Program-made: the position numbers and the translations under genes
Assembly: GCA_951406725.2 (NCBI GenBank)
Contig: OX597833.1
Location: 40,548,001 to 40,612,000, forward strand
Direction: 5' to 3'
Origin: Octopus vulgaris
Lineage: Eukaryota
Length of the DNA: 64,000 bases
The notes under the pieces: model-generated
What the model saw: only the letters and a program-made list of their open reading frames with translations
Told to the model about the DNA's origin: nothing
The model's database searches: none
Shown: positions 1 to 14,913 of the stretch, piece after piece
Layout: every line of letters starts with the position of its first letter
Position numbering within the stretch: position 1 is the stretch's first letter

Positions 1-181
1 GCCGTTGCCAGCCTCCCCTGGCACATAAAAGGCACCCACTATACTCACGGAGTGGTTGGCATTAGGAAGTAGAAACACTGCCAGATCAGGCTGGAGCCTG
101 GTGTAGCCTCCTGGCTTCCCAGATCCCGGTTGAACCGTCCAACCCATGCTAGCATGGAAAACGGGCATTAAACGATGATGT

Positions 182-226
<45 letters not shown>

Positions 227-1040
227 ATACATAATGTTCCCTAGCAAACAGTTAATACAAGGGAGATAATCATTTCTTCATAGTAGTTGGTGAGATTAGA
301 AGTAAGTTGAATTTGAAATTAAGGAATAAAGAAGATGCATGTTAATTTTTTTTGTTTACTTATTATGAAGTTGTTAAAGTTTCCAGTCAGTGGTAAACAA
401 GAATAGCACTATTTCATTCTTTTTAGAAATCATCAGCATGACATAACCCAATGTAAGTAAACTAAACCTTTTATGACTTTATATACATACTACACATATA
501 CTGGGAGACCTTCTTGTTAGTTATGGAGCAAGAGTGAGGAGTTAAGCTGGAAGCCTAGAGGAGGAGATGGGTAGCAATTTGGCCACCTCTGCCAACACAC
601 AGATAAGAGGATGTTATAATTCAGGGTTAACACACTCAACAATGATCATTGGATACTGTCTGATGACATTAATTTCTTCTGGTCAAAGCTACACTCTCCA
701 AAAGAAAAAGAAAATAAAGCATCTTATAGATGCAATCAATATCACAATACACATGTATACATGTATACATATATACATGTTTTGTATTTCATACCCAAAC
801 TGTTATATTTAATATATATAATTTGTTTATCCACAGAATTGTCTCTATATCTGCTCAACTTGATCCCTCTTGTAGCCATTCTTTACCCTGTGGAATTGAT
901 CCACTGTAAAGACATTGGAGTCTAAGTTTGAATCATTTCATCTCTACTAAGTGTCTTCTATACTGAGAATCTCTGGATGTCATCTGTGGACCACACACAC
1001 ACACACACACACATATTGATAGATAGATAGAAAATTATTT

Positions 1041-1930
1041 GCAGGCTCCAGGCTCCAATGGCCAATCTTTACAATGCAGCTTACAAATGCTTTGGGATGC
1101 AGGTAAACATATTAAAGACCAAGACACTGATCCAACCTGCACCAGGTCAGAACAGTCCACCCACAAACATTAGCATCAATGGCCAACCCCTAGAAGAAGT
1201 TGAACACTTCACATACCTTGGTAGTATCCTTTCAAAGAACTCCACATGTGAAAGGGAGAACCGGATTGGGGCAGCCCATTCTGCCTTCAGCAAACGTGTA
1301 TTCTTCAATCGCGCACTGACCATCCACACAAAGATCATGGTCTTCCATGCCATTGTCCTGTCAACTCTACTCTATGCTTGTGAGACTTGGATATTGTACC
1401 GCCATGACTTCAAGCACCTTGAATGCTTCCAGTAATCGAAGCTATGACAGATCCTCAACAAGGTTCTTCGCCATGCCTCACCACCAAGTGTCGAAGCCAC
1501 CATTCTACACTATCGTCTCCACTGGGCAGGTCACATCCATCATATGGAGCCCTCTTGTCCCCTAAGGATCATGCTCTATGGAGAATTTGCAATCGGAACA
1601 AGACCCAGAGGAGGTCCGAAATTCCATTTTAAAGACCAGCTCAAATGGACCTTGGCTCAAGCTAACATCCAGCCATCCTCATAGGAACAGATTGCCATGG
1701 AGAGGAGAGCCTGGAGGACTGCTATCCACAATGGAGCCAGCTCCTTCAAGCAGAACAGACAACAGAATGAGGAGGCAAAATGCAGGAGAAGAAAGGAGCA
1801 TCTTTAACATCCTCCACCTGCACTGACCATCCTGTGCAAGTTCTGCCCACAGCTCTTTCACCACCAACTTGGACTCCAAAGTCATTTTCAGCACAAACAT
1901 CAACTGAAGAGACTGGACTGAAACTGAGGA
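1041..1930 (+). mobile_element. RTE-clade LINE, 3' RT fragment (degraded)
   Basis: Translates to FGMQVNILKTK...VEHFTYLGS...TKIMVFHAIVLSTLLYACETW, then frameshifted RLHWAGH and MLYGE..G.RPRGGPK..FKD; typical RTE/BovB C-terminus. Confidence 0.85.
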
Positions 1931-2446
1931 ACCCAAAGCTTGAATACGAGTTGGAGCTGACCATATATATTAGCTTAAAAGCTGCCCGATAGGGTAGCTT
2001 TAAGCTAGTATGTAGCTTTTAAGCAACTGACCCTGAATGGGAAGATCTACAAACAGATCTCTGACTTGTTTTGGAGAATTTGTTGCAATTGCTTCCTCCA
2101 GTGTCATATCCCAATGATGATCATATTTAGCGCTAAAAATCATGCATAAAAAAATCGCCAAAAACAATCACAGTAATGAAAAAACAGGAATCCAAAATTT
2201 CAGGATTGCAAGTCCAGATTCAGCCCAGAATATTTTTAATTTATTCACAGAGTCAACCTGATTCCAAAATGGTATGATATGTTAGGCTATGGCCTCTAGG
2301 AGTAAAGTTGAAAATGTATGACACACTGACATTCACATTTATTATATTAAATATGTTTAATTTTGGGGAAACTGTATTTCAATTGAAGTGTACTTTATTT
2401 TTGTGTGTGTGTGTATATGTATATATGTACACACACCCAGACATAC

Positions 2447-2502
<56 letters not shown>

Positions 2503-2929
2503 TAAAGGATTAAAAAAATAAAACAAAAATGATAGTGTTCAGTAGTTGGTTCAGTATGCTGGCCACAGGAATTTCTGTCCAGGGAAGTTGTACATCATCT
2601 TCCTCTTTCTCTCACATACCCACTTTCTTTCTCTTATTGTTACTCCCATTGCCACCATCAACACTACTACTTTTAATAAAACATCATCAGCTCTCCCTAA
2701 ATTTCTTTGCCTCTCTCTCTCTCTCTGTTTTCACCAATGCCCTCACTGTCTCTATGCCTACTATTACTCTCACCCCAGCAGGAGGAATAGTAGAAGTGTC
2801 ATTGAATAGTGAGAGTGTAAGGGGTGGGTCAAAGTGTGACACATTGACACAGAAGTTAGTTTTCGCATTCATTATATTAGATGTATATAAAGACGTACAC
2901 ACACACATATACATATGCACATGTACACA

Positions 2930-2986
<57 letters not shown>

Positions 2987-2993
2987 AACTTAC

Positions 2994-3260
2994 CTGAGTT
3001 GTCATTTGGGTGTCTTTTAATTCTGTGGTGTCATCTTGTGCTGCGTACAACCAAAATGTTATGGAACCAGCCTCAAAGAAAGCTATATGTTCAGCCGTCA
3101 GTGGATCAAATGTAAATACTTTGGAATGGTTAAAGACTGGGTTTAGCATTCCTTTCACCATCTCTGTATCGGTAAATACAGATTTAGGATTCAGGCGATA
3201 GGATACTTTTAGGCCTTTCATGAACCGCTTTTTGTAAACACTAGCATCCTTAATGGTTAC
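2994..3260 (-). CDS. KIF28: KIF28-like exon (C2-like stalk): [21 protein letters not shown]...[23 protein letters not shown]
   Basis: cag|GTA acceptor, CAG|gtaag donor, 267 nt. Confidence 0.9.
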
Positions 3261-5057
3261 CTGCAAGGGAAGAATAGAGAGGATGAAATGGATGAAAGGA
3301 TACTCTTTTACTCTTTTATTTGTTTCAGTCATTTGACTGTGGCCATGCTGGAGCACCGCCTTTAGTTGACCAACTCGAGCCCAGGACTTATTCTTTGTAA
3401 GCCTAGTACTTATTCTATCAGTCTCTTTTGCTGAACCGCTAAGTTACGGGGACATAAACACACCAGCATTGGTTGTCAAGCGATGTTGGGGGTACAAACA
3501 CAGACACACAAACACAGACACAGACACACACACACACACATACATATATACAATAAGCTTCTTTCAGTTTCCATCTACCAAATCCACTCAGAAGGCTTTG
3601 GTTGGCCTGAGGTTATAATAGAAGACACTTGCCCATGGTGCCACGCAGTGGGACTGAACCCGGAACCATGTGGTTGGTAAGCAAGCTACTTACCACACAA
3701 CCACTCCTATGCCTAATGTTTTTGTTTTTTATTTTGGTTTTGTGTGGGTGAAGGGCTGAGCCCATGGCCCTTCACAGGCCTTCCAAAGTTGGTGAAATCA
3801 ATGTGGTTAATGTTCTTCTTAATTGCCAGTATGATGAGTGCAAGAATATTGTGGGGTGCAACAGTTGTTTGGGGGTTTTAGATGGTTGGAATATAAAGCA
3901 AAGGGTTCTTGTCTTTTTATTCTGTTGAAAGAAGCACAAAATATCACAAGAAGCTTGCTTCCCATTTGTCTGGTTTCAGGTTCATTCCCACTGTGTGGCA
4001 CCTTGGCCAAGTATTTTCTACCATAGACTCGGGCTAAAACCTTGTGGGTGGACTTGGTTGATGGGAACTGAAAGAAGTGTATGTCCTTGTGTTTGTCCTT
4101 CAATATTGCTTAACAACTAGTGTTGAATCATTTATACTCTCTTAACTTAGTAGTTTAGCAAAAGAGATGAGAACCAAGCTTTATAAATAAGTACTGGGGT
4201 TAATTTGTTTCACAAAACCCTTAAAGGCAGTGCTTCAGTATGGTCAAAGTCCAACAACTGAAACAAGCAGAAGATAAAAGATCATAAAATAGTATTATCA
4301 ACATTGAATGTCTGCCTTCCATGCTGGCATGGGTTGGATGGTTTTACCAGAGCTGGCAAGCCAGAAGACTGTGCCAAGGCAGAAGACTGTACCAAGGCAG
4401 AAGACTGTCAAGCCAGACGACTGTCAAGCCAGAAGACTGTGCCAAAGCAGACAACCATGCCAAGCCAAAAGAATGTGTCAAGCCAGAAGAGGTCCTGGAA
4501 ATAGTTGTAAATGTAAAGCACTGATATAGATAGAGCATACAATGGAAAGATGTACATGTTTGAGCAGAACTCTGCACCATAACATGAAGCTCATGCAACC
4601 TTAAAATGGATGGCTAACAATTTTCATGATCACATAACCCCTAACATTTAACTCCCAAACACAACAGATCTCAGTCCATTGAACTATAATGAGTGGAGTG
4701 TTGTTGAGAGAGAGAAGTCAATCAACATCCCCATAACACCAAAGGTTCTTTGAAAGCCGCCATAGTCAGAGGGAAGTCCAATGTGAACCAGGGGCATTTA
4801 ATTCAGGCATGTAGATGATTCAGATCTCACATAGAAGCACTTATTCATGCTAAAGGTTGCTACATTGAATAAGATTATAAAGAAGATAAGCTACTTTATA
4901 TGTACACATTTTTTTTTTACATTAACAAAATTGTTTTCTATTATTATATATATGTTTTTCTAAAAACACAAATTTGTCCTCAAATCCCTCATGTAAAATG
5001 CTAACAATTCTGTCAGCTCACCACCTCAATAATGATGATGATGATAATAATATAAAC

Positions 5058-5110
<53 letters not shown>

Positions 5111-6558
5111 CACTAATAATAATAATCCTTTCTACTAAAGGCACAAGGCCTGAAATTTGGGTGGTGGAGGGACAAGTTGATTACATTAGTTTCACTGGTA
5201 CTTAATTTATCGACTCTGAAAGGATGAAGGGCAAAGTCAACCTTGGCAGAATTTGAACTCTGAACATAGCGATGGATGAAATACTGCTATGCATTTAATC
5301 CAGCATGCTAATGATTGTGCCAGCTCACTGCCTTAATAATAATAATGATGATGATAATACCTTATTACAAGTGATGTGATCTTATGAACTGTACTGAAGC
5401 ATGAAGATTCCGAGCAAGCTTCAGTCATGATGTTTATTCAGAAATTTTAAAAGTCTCTTGGCCTACAAGTTAACAATAAGAATGACCAAAGACACCCGAA
5501 TAATGACAGACCTATCATTGCTTCTCCTGATTTGGAATTTAACAATCAGAAAGACCAATGAGATCCAAATAGTGACAAACCTATCAGTGATACAAAAAAC
5601 ATCAAACAAAAAGCAAAGAAGGCTTGCATGAATAATACTGAAAAGAATTGGAAAGGCAAACTCCTGCACAGAAAATATCCTAACCACCTATCCAAGCCAG
5701 ATATCAGCAAAATCTAAAACTAACACACCAATTGCTACAAGGGACAGGTCTGAAAGAGGAAACAGGTTTTGTTATTGCAGTGCAAGATCAGAGCTTACCT
5801 ACCAGAAATTAACATGCAAACATTCTTAAAGATGGATCTGACCCCTCATGCAGAATTTGTGGAAAATTCACAGAGACAATTGATCATGTTGTTTCTGGCT
5901 GTCCAGTCCTCACTGAAAAGGAGTACCCCATAAGACATGACAGACCAGGGCATTACATCCATGGTAATGCTTGTAAATACTACAAAATTAAATTCCATGG
6001 TAAGTGGTACAGGCACCATCCAGAGGATGTAGTAAATAGCAAGGGCATCCTCATCTTTTGGAATTTCCCAATACAAACAAACATAAAAATTGACTCTAAT
6101 CGACCAGACATTGCAATCAAGGACTACAACTGGGGAACTTGTCTGTTAAGAGATATGTCTGTCCCACAAGATCAAAATGTCTCAAGAAAAGAATATGGAA
6201 AGCTTTCTCACTGTAAAGATCTGCAAATTGAAATCATGAAAATGTGGAAGTTTAGTACTACAATAATACCAGTAGTAATTGATGCGTTGGGAATGATAAA
6301 GAAGGGAGCTGAGAAGTATATTAAGCAACTCCTTGGTAACTCCAATCGCTATGAACTACAAAAGATGACCTTAATGGGTACAGCCCATATACTACGGAAA
6401 GCACTCTCTTTCTAAAATGGGATAAATGTTGTGATAATTTTAGCCTGCATAGCAAAGCAAAAGTACCCTTGCTACTCTTGGCCTCCGGAGAATGCGCGGT
6501 ACTAAGGCAGCTGAAATAAAGTTATACTAAAAGGAAATCATAAATGATAATGATGATG

Positions 6559-6598
<40 letters not shown>

Positions 6599-7702
6599 CA
6601 ACAGCAAAATTTACCTTGAAGTAAAATGGTTCACCTAGCAGGGCCCTTGGATCTTCAACAAAGGTTTCCTCTTTCAAAACGATTCCAGTGGAAGTACATG
6701 GAGCAACATTGACAGTAATTGAACCTTCTTCTTCTCCTTTGTAATCAGACACTAATATACAATCTTCAAACTCCAAGTTGTATGCTAAAGACTGGAGGAA
6801 AATATTAGCAGTTCCGACTAATTCCCCTTCTGGGGCCTCCCAAAATGGATCGTCTTTCTGTGGAATCTTTGACACATCTTCTCCGTCTTCATAATCCTGG
6901 TAGAGTTCCTGCAAGCATTAATGGATAATCAATATTGTGTAATAAATATGTGAACAATTTATGAAAAGAGAAAAATTAATTTCTAATTAAAACTATAATA
7001 ATTGATAGATATATCATGGTAGAGTCATGATATGATTAAATACACAAACATGTGCATATGTATATATATATATGCTTATATATGCACATATACATATATC
7101 TACATATATACACGTATATATATACATATATATATATATGTATAAGCCCTGGTGCGAACCTGGCACAAATGCATCTAATCTAAGTTTGATCTCTTTCTAA
7201 TCTGTTACCTTTATGGTTCATCTGTTTGATATATGTTTGTAGTTACCATATTTTAAGGAACCCTCGTGTATAAGGAACTCCCTAATTTTTTGGACTTAAA
7301 AGTTGGAAAAAAAGTTTTGTGAGGAATTATAATACTGTCCATGTATAAGAAACTCACATATTTTTAAAACCTAACTTTTGATAAAAAAAAAGGTTCCTTA
7401 TACACATCAAAATACAGTACTTCTTTGTAGAGCATCCTATTTGCTTTTGAAGCAGTTTATTATGATACTGTTATGAACAATGTATTTCACTATGCAAATG
7501 ATTAGCATGAGCCCTACTTTGCTAGATATTTTCAACAGGCGCAGGAGTGGCTGTGTGGTAAGTAGCTTGCTTACAAACCACATGGTTCCGGGTTCAGTCC
7601 CACTGCATGGCACCTTGGGCAAGTGTCTTCTACTATAGCCTCAGGCCAACCAAAGCCTTGTGAGTGGATTTGGTAGACGGAAACTGAAAGAAGCCTGTCG
7701 CA

Positions 7703-7747
<45 letters not shown>

Positions 7748-9572
7748 ATATGTTTGTGTGTCTGTGTTTGTCCCCCAACATCGCTTGACAACCGATGCTG
7801 GTGTGTTTACGTCCCCGTAACTTAGCGGTTTGGCAAAAGAGACCGATAGAATAAGTACTAGGCTTACAAAGAATAAGTCCTGGGGTTGATTTGCTCGACT
7901 AAAGGCGGTGCTCCAGCATGGCCGCAGTCAAATGACTGAAACAAGCAAAAAAGTAAAGAGAGTAAAAGAGATCTCAATGAGTACCCATGTTGACGTGGCT
8001 GATTTTCCTGCTTTCATATTGTTAGTCATGCTTTTGCTGTACAGTGATCAACTTTAGTAGCTGGTCTCACTCTGTTGTGTCTATCTGGAGTAGACCATCT
8101 CACTCTGATGCATTCACTCATAGTGACATTTCTATGCCTTCATCTTTTGAGCATCACTGATTGCAAGTTTTCTGCTGTCGTTTTGAACATACTTAGTCTC
8201 AATTCGCACAGACACACTGATAATGGAATGAGCATATTGCATGCAAACTCTTAGAACTAATTTTATGAATACATTCTATTAGACTTACCTGCATTAAATA
8301 CCTGCGATTCATGAAACGACCACGTTCCCAGAACCACACGTTCTCTGTCAACAAATCTGTCATTTTTACCATTACACTTAATAAGAAGAAATATAAAAGA
8401 TAAACTGATGTATTTATTCATGATCACCACTACGACTAACATCAATGTTTAACTTTTTAGCATTCAGATTATCAAATGTAAAGCTTGTTTATCCAACAGA
8501 CACACACACATTCTCAGTTTTATATATAGAGAGATAGCATATTTATTTATGTATGTTATAATACTTGGTTTGCTAAAAGAAATTTAAGCCCTTTCATTTG
8601 TCAATACCTTCATATTTTAGCAGAATAAGTTTTACTCAACTCATTAATATCTTACTAGAGTTCCAAGAGTATCTGATGCCAAATTAAGACATTAATATCT
8701 TATAGGTTGCACAGTGAACCCATTGGACTTCTATGTGTGGAGTGTTGTTGACAGAGAGATCTCTGTCAATTTCCCCATAATACCAAGGAATCTTTGAAAG
8801 CCGCCATAGTCAGAGTAATGTCCAATGTGAACCAGGACCATTTATTTCAGGCATGTAGACAATTTAAATCTCACATAGAAGCATTTATTGATGCTGGAGA
8901 TGGTTACATTGAATAAGATTATAAGGAAGATAAACTAGTTTGTATGTACACAATTTTTATATTAATAAAGTTATTTTCTAATATTATATGTATGATTTTT
9001 TAAAATAGTACATTTGTACCTTACTTCAAACACTCTGTATGTGTGACAGACATTTTAGATGTGACAATGTAATAAGTGTAAATAAAATTTGAAAATCTGG
9101 TGAAGCAGACCTCATTTTTCTGTTGTCTACCCTATAATTAAGACCATTATTCTCAAGTAGGTTTCATAGTGTAACCAAAGACTCAGTGTTCAGTAACACA
9201 GCAACACTAATAAAATAACTATTCATGATTTAGTTGAGATAATTCACACACATTGGCTGACACCTTTATTACCCAAATGCTTCAAGAGTTTCTGTTATGA
9301 GATAGTAATTCACTTGAATATTCTTTGGTATTCTGAATAAATACCTTCAACAAAAGAATAAAAATATCAGCTCTGTAGTAGATAAAACAAAACTTACTCA
9401 ATATTTTTTTCATTGTCTCCACGTCCCTGTTGGGCAGCAGATGACATTAGGATCACTTCAAATGATTTGTATTTGTTAAGTTCATCAGACATAGCATTCA
9501 CTTCTGATACCATTGGCAGAATCTCCAAGACATGTTCCTGAGTGATTTGTTGGTCTTTAATGTAAAATAATA

Positions 9573-9618
<46 letters not shown>

Positions 9619-12600
9619 GTGATAATAATGATAATGATGATGATGATGATGATATTATATATAATATTTATTCACACACACACACACACACAACACACAC
9701 ATATTATGAGAGAATGAAAATGGAATTTATGAAACTCTTTAATAGTCATCATGATTGTTTTGAGCCAATGTACACCAGACTTTAAAGCAGCAGATTTCAA
9801 GGTGTATACACAAATTTAAAACACACATACACACACACACATTGAAAAGCAAATCAAAGATTTTGCATTTAAATAAGAATGAAATATTATATAACCTTTT
9901 GTAAGTCCACTTAACATAGCATCTGCAAACCCTGAGGCCATGACTATTTCTTTCTGTGCATATTCCCATGAAATATCCTTTGGTAAATTAGGATCTTGGT
10001 CCACGATAAAAGGGTTCACAAAGAGATATAAGTGGTTTGAACCTAGAAAAAAAACGTGCATTTTTAGATTATAATTTTGCTGCTGTAAAGTAAAATATAA
10101 ATATTCAAACTCTTAATTCTTTTATCTAAAAAGCAATCACCACATGCTGTAAAGGGGTTGGCATTAGGAAGGGCATCCAGCTGTAGAAACCATGTAAAAA
10201 CAGATGATGGAGCATAATGCAGTCCTTAGGCCTATTGGTTCCTACCAAATCCTCCCAACCTATTTCTTTACTACCCACAAGGAGCTAAACACAGAGAGGA
10301 CAAGCAAGGACAGACAAACTGATTAAGTCGATTACATCAACCTCAGTGCATAACTGGTACTTATTTAATCGACCCCAAAAGGATGAAAGGCAAAGTCGAC
10401 CTCGGTGGAATTTGAACTCAGAATGTAGCAGCAGATGAAATACCACAAAGCATTTTGCCCGGCGTGCTAACGTTTCTACCAGCTCGCCACTGCAACAGAT
10501 CAGCATCCTATCCAGGTGCAGGAACTAGGAAACTCGCATTGTGTAGCTATGTAGATAAGTTGTAACTATACAATACATTGTATTATTATTTAAACAGAAT
10601 ATAGTATATTGCATATTCCTAGGAAACTAGGAAACTTGCCTCATTATGACTTGAGATGGTAACTTTTTTTTCTAAACCATCCAACTCACGTGAGCATGGA
10701 ACATGGAAACTAAATGATGATGAGGATCTGAGTACATGTGTATCTATATGAGTGTAGCTGGTTGCATCTGTGTCTTTTAACATCTGAGTAAATGAGTACA
10801 TTTGTGTGACAATACATGTATCTTTTTATGGCAACGAGTTGGCAGAAACATTACCACACCAGGCAAAATGCTTAGTGGTATTTCGTCTGTCTTTATGTTC
10901 TGAGTTCAAATTTTGCCAAGGTTGACACTGCCTTTTGGGGTTGATAAATTAAGTACCAGTTGCGGATTGGGGTCAATGTAATCAACTGCCCCCCCCCCCA
11001 AGTGTCAGGCCTTTTGTTTCGAGTAGAAAAGAATACATATATCTTTTATCTTTTGCTTCTTTTGGTCATTTGACTGTGGCCATGCTGGAGCACCACACTG
11101 AAGGGTATTTTTAGTTGAACAAATTGACCTCAGGACTTATTTTTTAAGCCTGATACTTATTCTATCAGTCTCTTTTGCCGAACCTCTAAGTTATGGAGAC
11201 ATAAGCCCACCAACACCAGTTGTCAAGCAGTGGTGAGGAGACACACACACACATACACACACAACAGGCTTCTTTCAGTTTCTGTCCAGCAAATCCATTT
11301 ACAAGGTTTTTGGTCAGCCTGAGGCCATAGTAGAAGACACTTGCCCAAGGAACCACACAGTGGGACTGAAACTGGAACCATGTGGTTGAGAAGCAAGTTT
11401 CTTACCACACAACCACACTATGGGGGAAAAAGTAATTAAAAGTAACGCAATAATTTTATTAATGCCAGAATATAAAGAAAACATTGCATGTAATAGGTGT
11501 CAACCATCTCAGCTAACTACTGGTAAAATATGAGATACAGCATAGTACAGTAAAATATGATATGTATTACAGAGATATGTGGAGGCTCATGGCTTAGTAG
11601 TTAGGGTGTCAGCATCATGATCGCCGGATTGTAGTTTCGATTCCTGGACTGGGCGACACGTTGTGTTCTTGAGCAAAATACTTCATTTCACATTGCTCCA
11701 GTCCACTAAGCTGGCAAAAATGAGTAACGCTGCGATGGACTGGCATCCCGTTCAGCTGGGGAACACATATGCCATTGGAACCAGGAAACTGGGCCCATGA
11801 GTCTGACTAGGCTTTAAAAGGTCGCATTTATTTTTTACTATTACAGAGATATGCAGCGCTTGGCTGTTTGGTATCTGTGATATCTAGGGCTAACTCAGTA
11901 GCTTGGTGCACTAATTTTCTAATGTGGAGAAACATTTTCCACTGCAAAATTGGGTTAATGATGGTCTGTCTGAGAAAAGAGGCCTGCAAGATGGAGTGGC
12001 TGCTGCAATGGGTATCCCTGGCAGTTCTCCATGGCAATGCTGTCACGGTGATTTCCATGGGGTGCAGCTGAGCACATCGTTTGTTCTGGGTTGTGTGGCC
12101 CATCACCCCTTTCTCTTCCATGTGCTGCTGCTTTACTGCCACCTTTTTCTTTCTTTTCCTTTTTTATATTTTTTATCTGTTTCTTTGTATTTAAATGTTT
12201 TAATTTAAAATGTTATCTGCCATATAACTGACTGTAGAAAAAAAACATCTATTAAGACACTTGTAGTTTTTTTCTCTCTTCACCACCACCAGTTACAGAG
12301 ATCTGACAAAGCCATGCATGCACACGCACACATAGTCATGCACACACACACACAGTCATGCATGCACACACACACACACACACATACAAACACACATACG
12401 GATACACACATACACACGGGCACACACACATGGACACACATACACACACACATGGACACACATATACACACACAAACATACACACGGATACACATATGCA
12501 CACAGAAACACACATATATGGACACACATACATACACACATACACATATACACAAACATACACATGGACACACAAACACTCAATCACACACACACACACA

Positions 12601-13138
12601 CACACACTAAAAATACAAAATAACCAGATGTATTTAACGCACCAAAAAGTATCCTGTCCATGTGATTCAATGTTTGTTTTTTCATGAGAGGTAATCCATT
12701 AATTTTGGTCTTGGCATTATGAGAAGCTGGTTCTATAGAAATTTTACGTTCCACATTCTCAATATATGCATGGTGTTTCTGAATACTAATGAAGGAACAA
12801 GAAGAGTACATAAATATATTTACATGCATACATGCATGCAAACACACACAATGCACACACATATATGTACACACACACACACACACACATATGTGAGGTA
12901 CAGAGATGTACTTGCATAGCAAGTGACTTGATCTGAGATCGTGTGCTGAAACAAAAACAATTGCAGTGTTGAAGGTCTTTATAAGCCATTTAAAAACACA
13001 CAAAAACTGTTAGATTCACCTCAACATTTAAATTTAATTTGTCAAAATATTTTCGTTGCTTTGAAACTGTGACCTGTTCACTGACAACTTATGCAGCATA
13101 AAATTTTGTTAGTGAACAGGTCTTGATTTCAAAGCAAC

Positions 13139-13175
<37 letters not shown>

Positions 13176-14867
13176 GTTTAGCGTCCACTTTCCATGCTGG
13201 CATGGGTTGGACGGTTTGACTGAGGGCTGGCAAGCCAGAAGGCTGTACCAGGCTCCAATCCGATCTGGCAAAGTTTCTACAGCCCTTCCTAATGCTGACC
13301 ACTCCAAGAGTGTAGCAGGTGCTTTTTACATGCCACTGGAAAGGTACTGGCATTGACCACACTTGAATTGTGTTTTATATGTGCCACTGACATGGAAGCC
13401 AGTCAAGCGGCACTGGCAACAACCTGAAGTTCCATGGTGGCCACAGAGGGAGTGGTACCCTCCTCACTGGTTGGCTGAAACAAGTTAAGGTGTGTGGTCA
13501 GGGTTGAGGAGAAGGTGTGGTGTTATGAGCCAGGCTATGTTGGAGGGAAGGACCAGATGTGAGGTGTACACAGGTCCTGTTGGAAGTAAGGCCTATGGGT
13601 CCTACCAGAAGGGCCAAGGTGGGCATGCAGGGGTCAGCGAGGCACAAGCAGGCAGTTGGCAATGGACAGTGTACATGAGTAGACCTGTTAGACGGTATGG
13701 TGGCAGACAGAGCATGTGGATGTCGTGAGTGACCCCTTCCAGATAGACAGGTAAGACCACCGTAATTCTCCCTCTTCTGACTTTTCCTCCTTCACATCAC
13801 AGTGCCCTGTCACTGTGTCTCTGTCACTCTCTCCCTTTTCTCTCACACTTCATACCATCCCCCTATTTACTATCTACCTACAGTTTTATAACATGTTGCT
13901 CTCCACCTCCACCTTCTCTTATGCATTGCTACCTATCATCTCTTCTTCCTTCATCCACTCCTATTTTCCTTCACCTTCTCCCAGACTGAGCTTCACCATT
14001 GACCATACCTCCACTTGTGTTTACTTTTCCCCACATTCATCTCTGTTCCCCTCTTTAACCATCTGTGACTCTCCTTTCCCATTTTCTTGAACCTGCCCAT
14101 CCATCAATCCTCAATTCTCTGTCCCTATCTTCCCTTTGTCCTCCTTCTTGCAACTTGAGGAGATTTCCCGAGACTTCATTTCCACCATAATTTCTGTCAT
14201 ACTCACTGGGTTAGGGTTAGTCATGTATCTCCTCCACACATGACACCTGTTCACAGGAACAGGTGTCATGTAGATTATACTTCAGCCTCTCAATATCTGG
14301 TACAAAGTCATATCCCTCAAAATTGCATCCTAGCACAATTGAGGGGTCTTGTCTTGGGAGTTACTTGGTGATCTTACTAGTACCAGGGCTACAAAAAAGC
14401 ACCCCAGTATAATCTGAAAAGTGGATTCTGTTGTATCATCCAGCCTATGTTCATATGGAGTAATAAAAATAAATGCACCATTTTAAAGCCTAGTCAGACT
14501 CATGGGCCCAGTTTCCTGATTTCTATGGTGCATGTGTTCCCCAGCTGGATGGGACACCAGTGCATCGCAGTGTTACTCATTTTTGCCAGCTGAGTGGACT
14601 GGAGCAAAGTGAAATGAAGTGTTTTGCTCAAGAACACAATGCGTCACCCGGTCCAGAAATTGAAACCACAATCTTACGATCATGGTGCTGACACCCTAAC
14701 CACTAAGCCACGTGACTCCACGTTCATATGGAATATAGACTTTAAATGATGATGGCAATGATATGATGAGGATAATGTGTGTGCCCATGTATACATGTGT
14801 GTGTGTATGTGTGTGTGTCTCTCTATATATATATATATTTATATATACGTATATTTATGTATGTATA

Positions 14868-14913
<46 letters not shown>

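Noticed and set aside
1968-2010. Hairpin TAGCTTAAAAGCTGCCC-GATA-GGGTAGCTTTAAGCTA as miRNA or terminator
   Set aside because: Too short for a pre-miRNA, no U-tract, and it lies at the end of an RTE fragment.
841-2700. Next downstream KIF28 exon
   Set aside because: No minus-strand AG...GT segment with a convincing phase-0 open frame was found.
4304-4598. Repetitive [11 protein letters not shown] peptides
   Set aside because: 18-bp tandem expansion inside an RTE-tail retroposon copy.
12280-12687. His/Thr- and Cys/Val-rich ORFs (similar ones throughout the window)
   Set aside because: Translations of (CA)n/(TG)n microsatellites; only the part overlapping exon 12643-12785 is coding.
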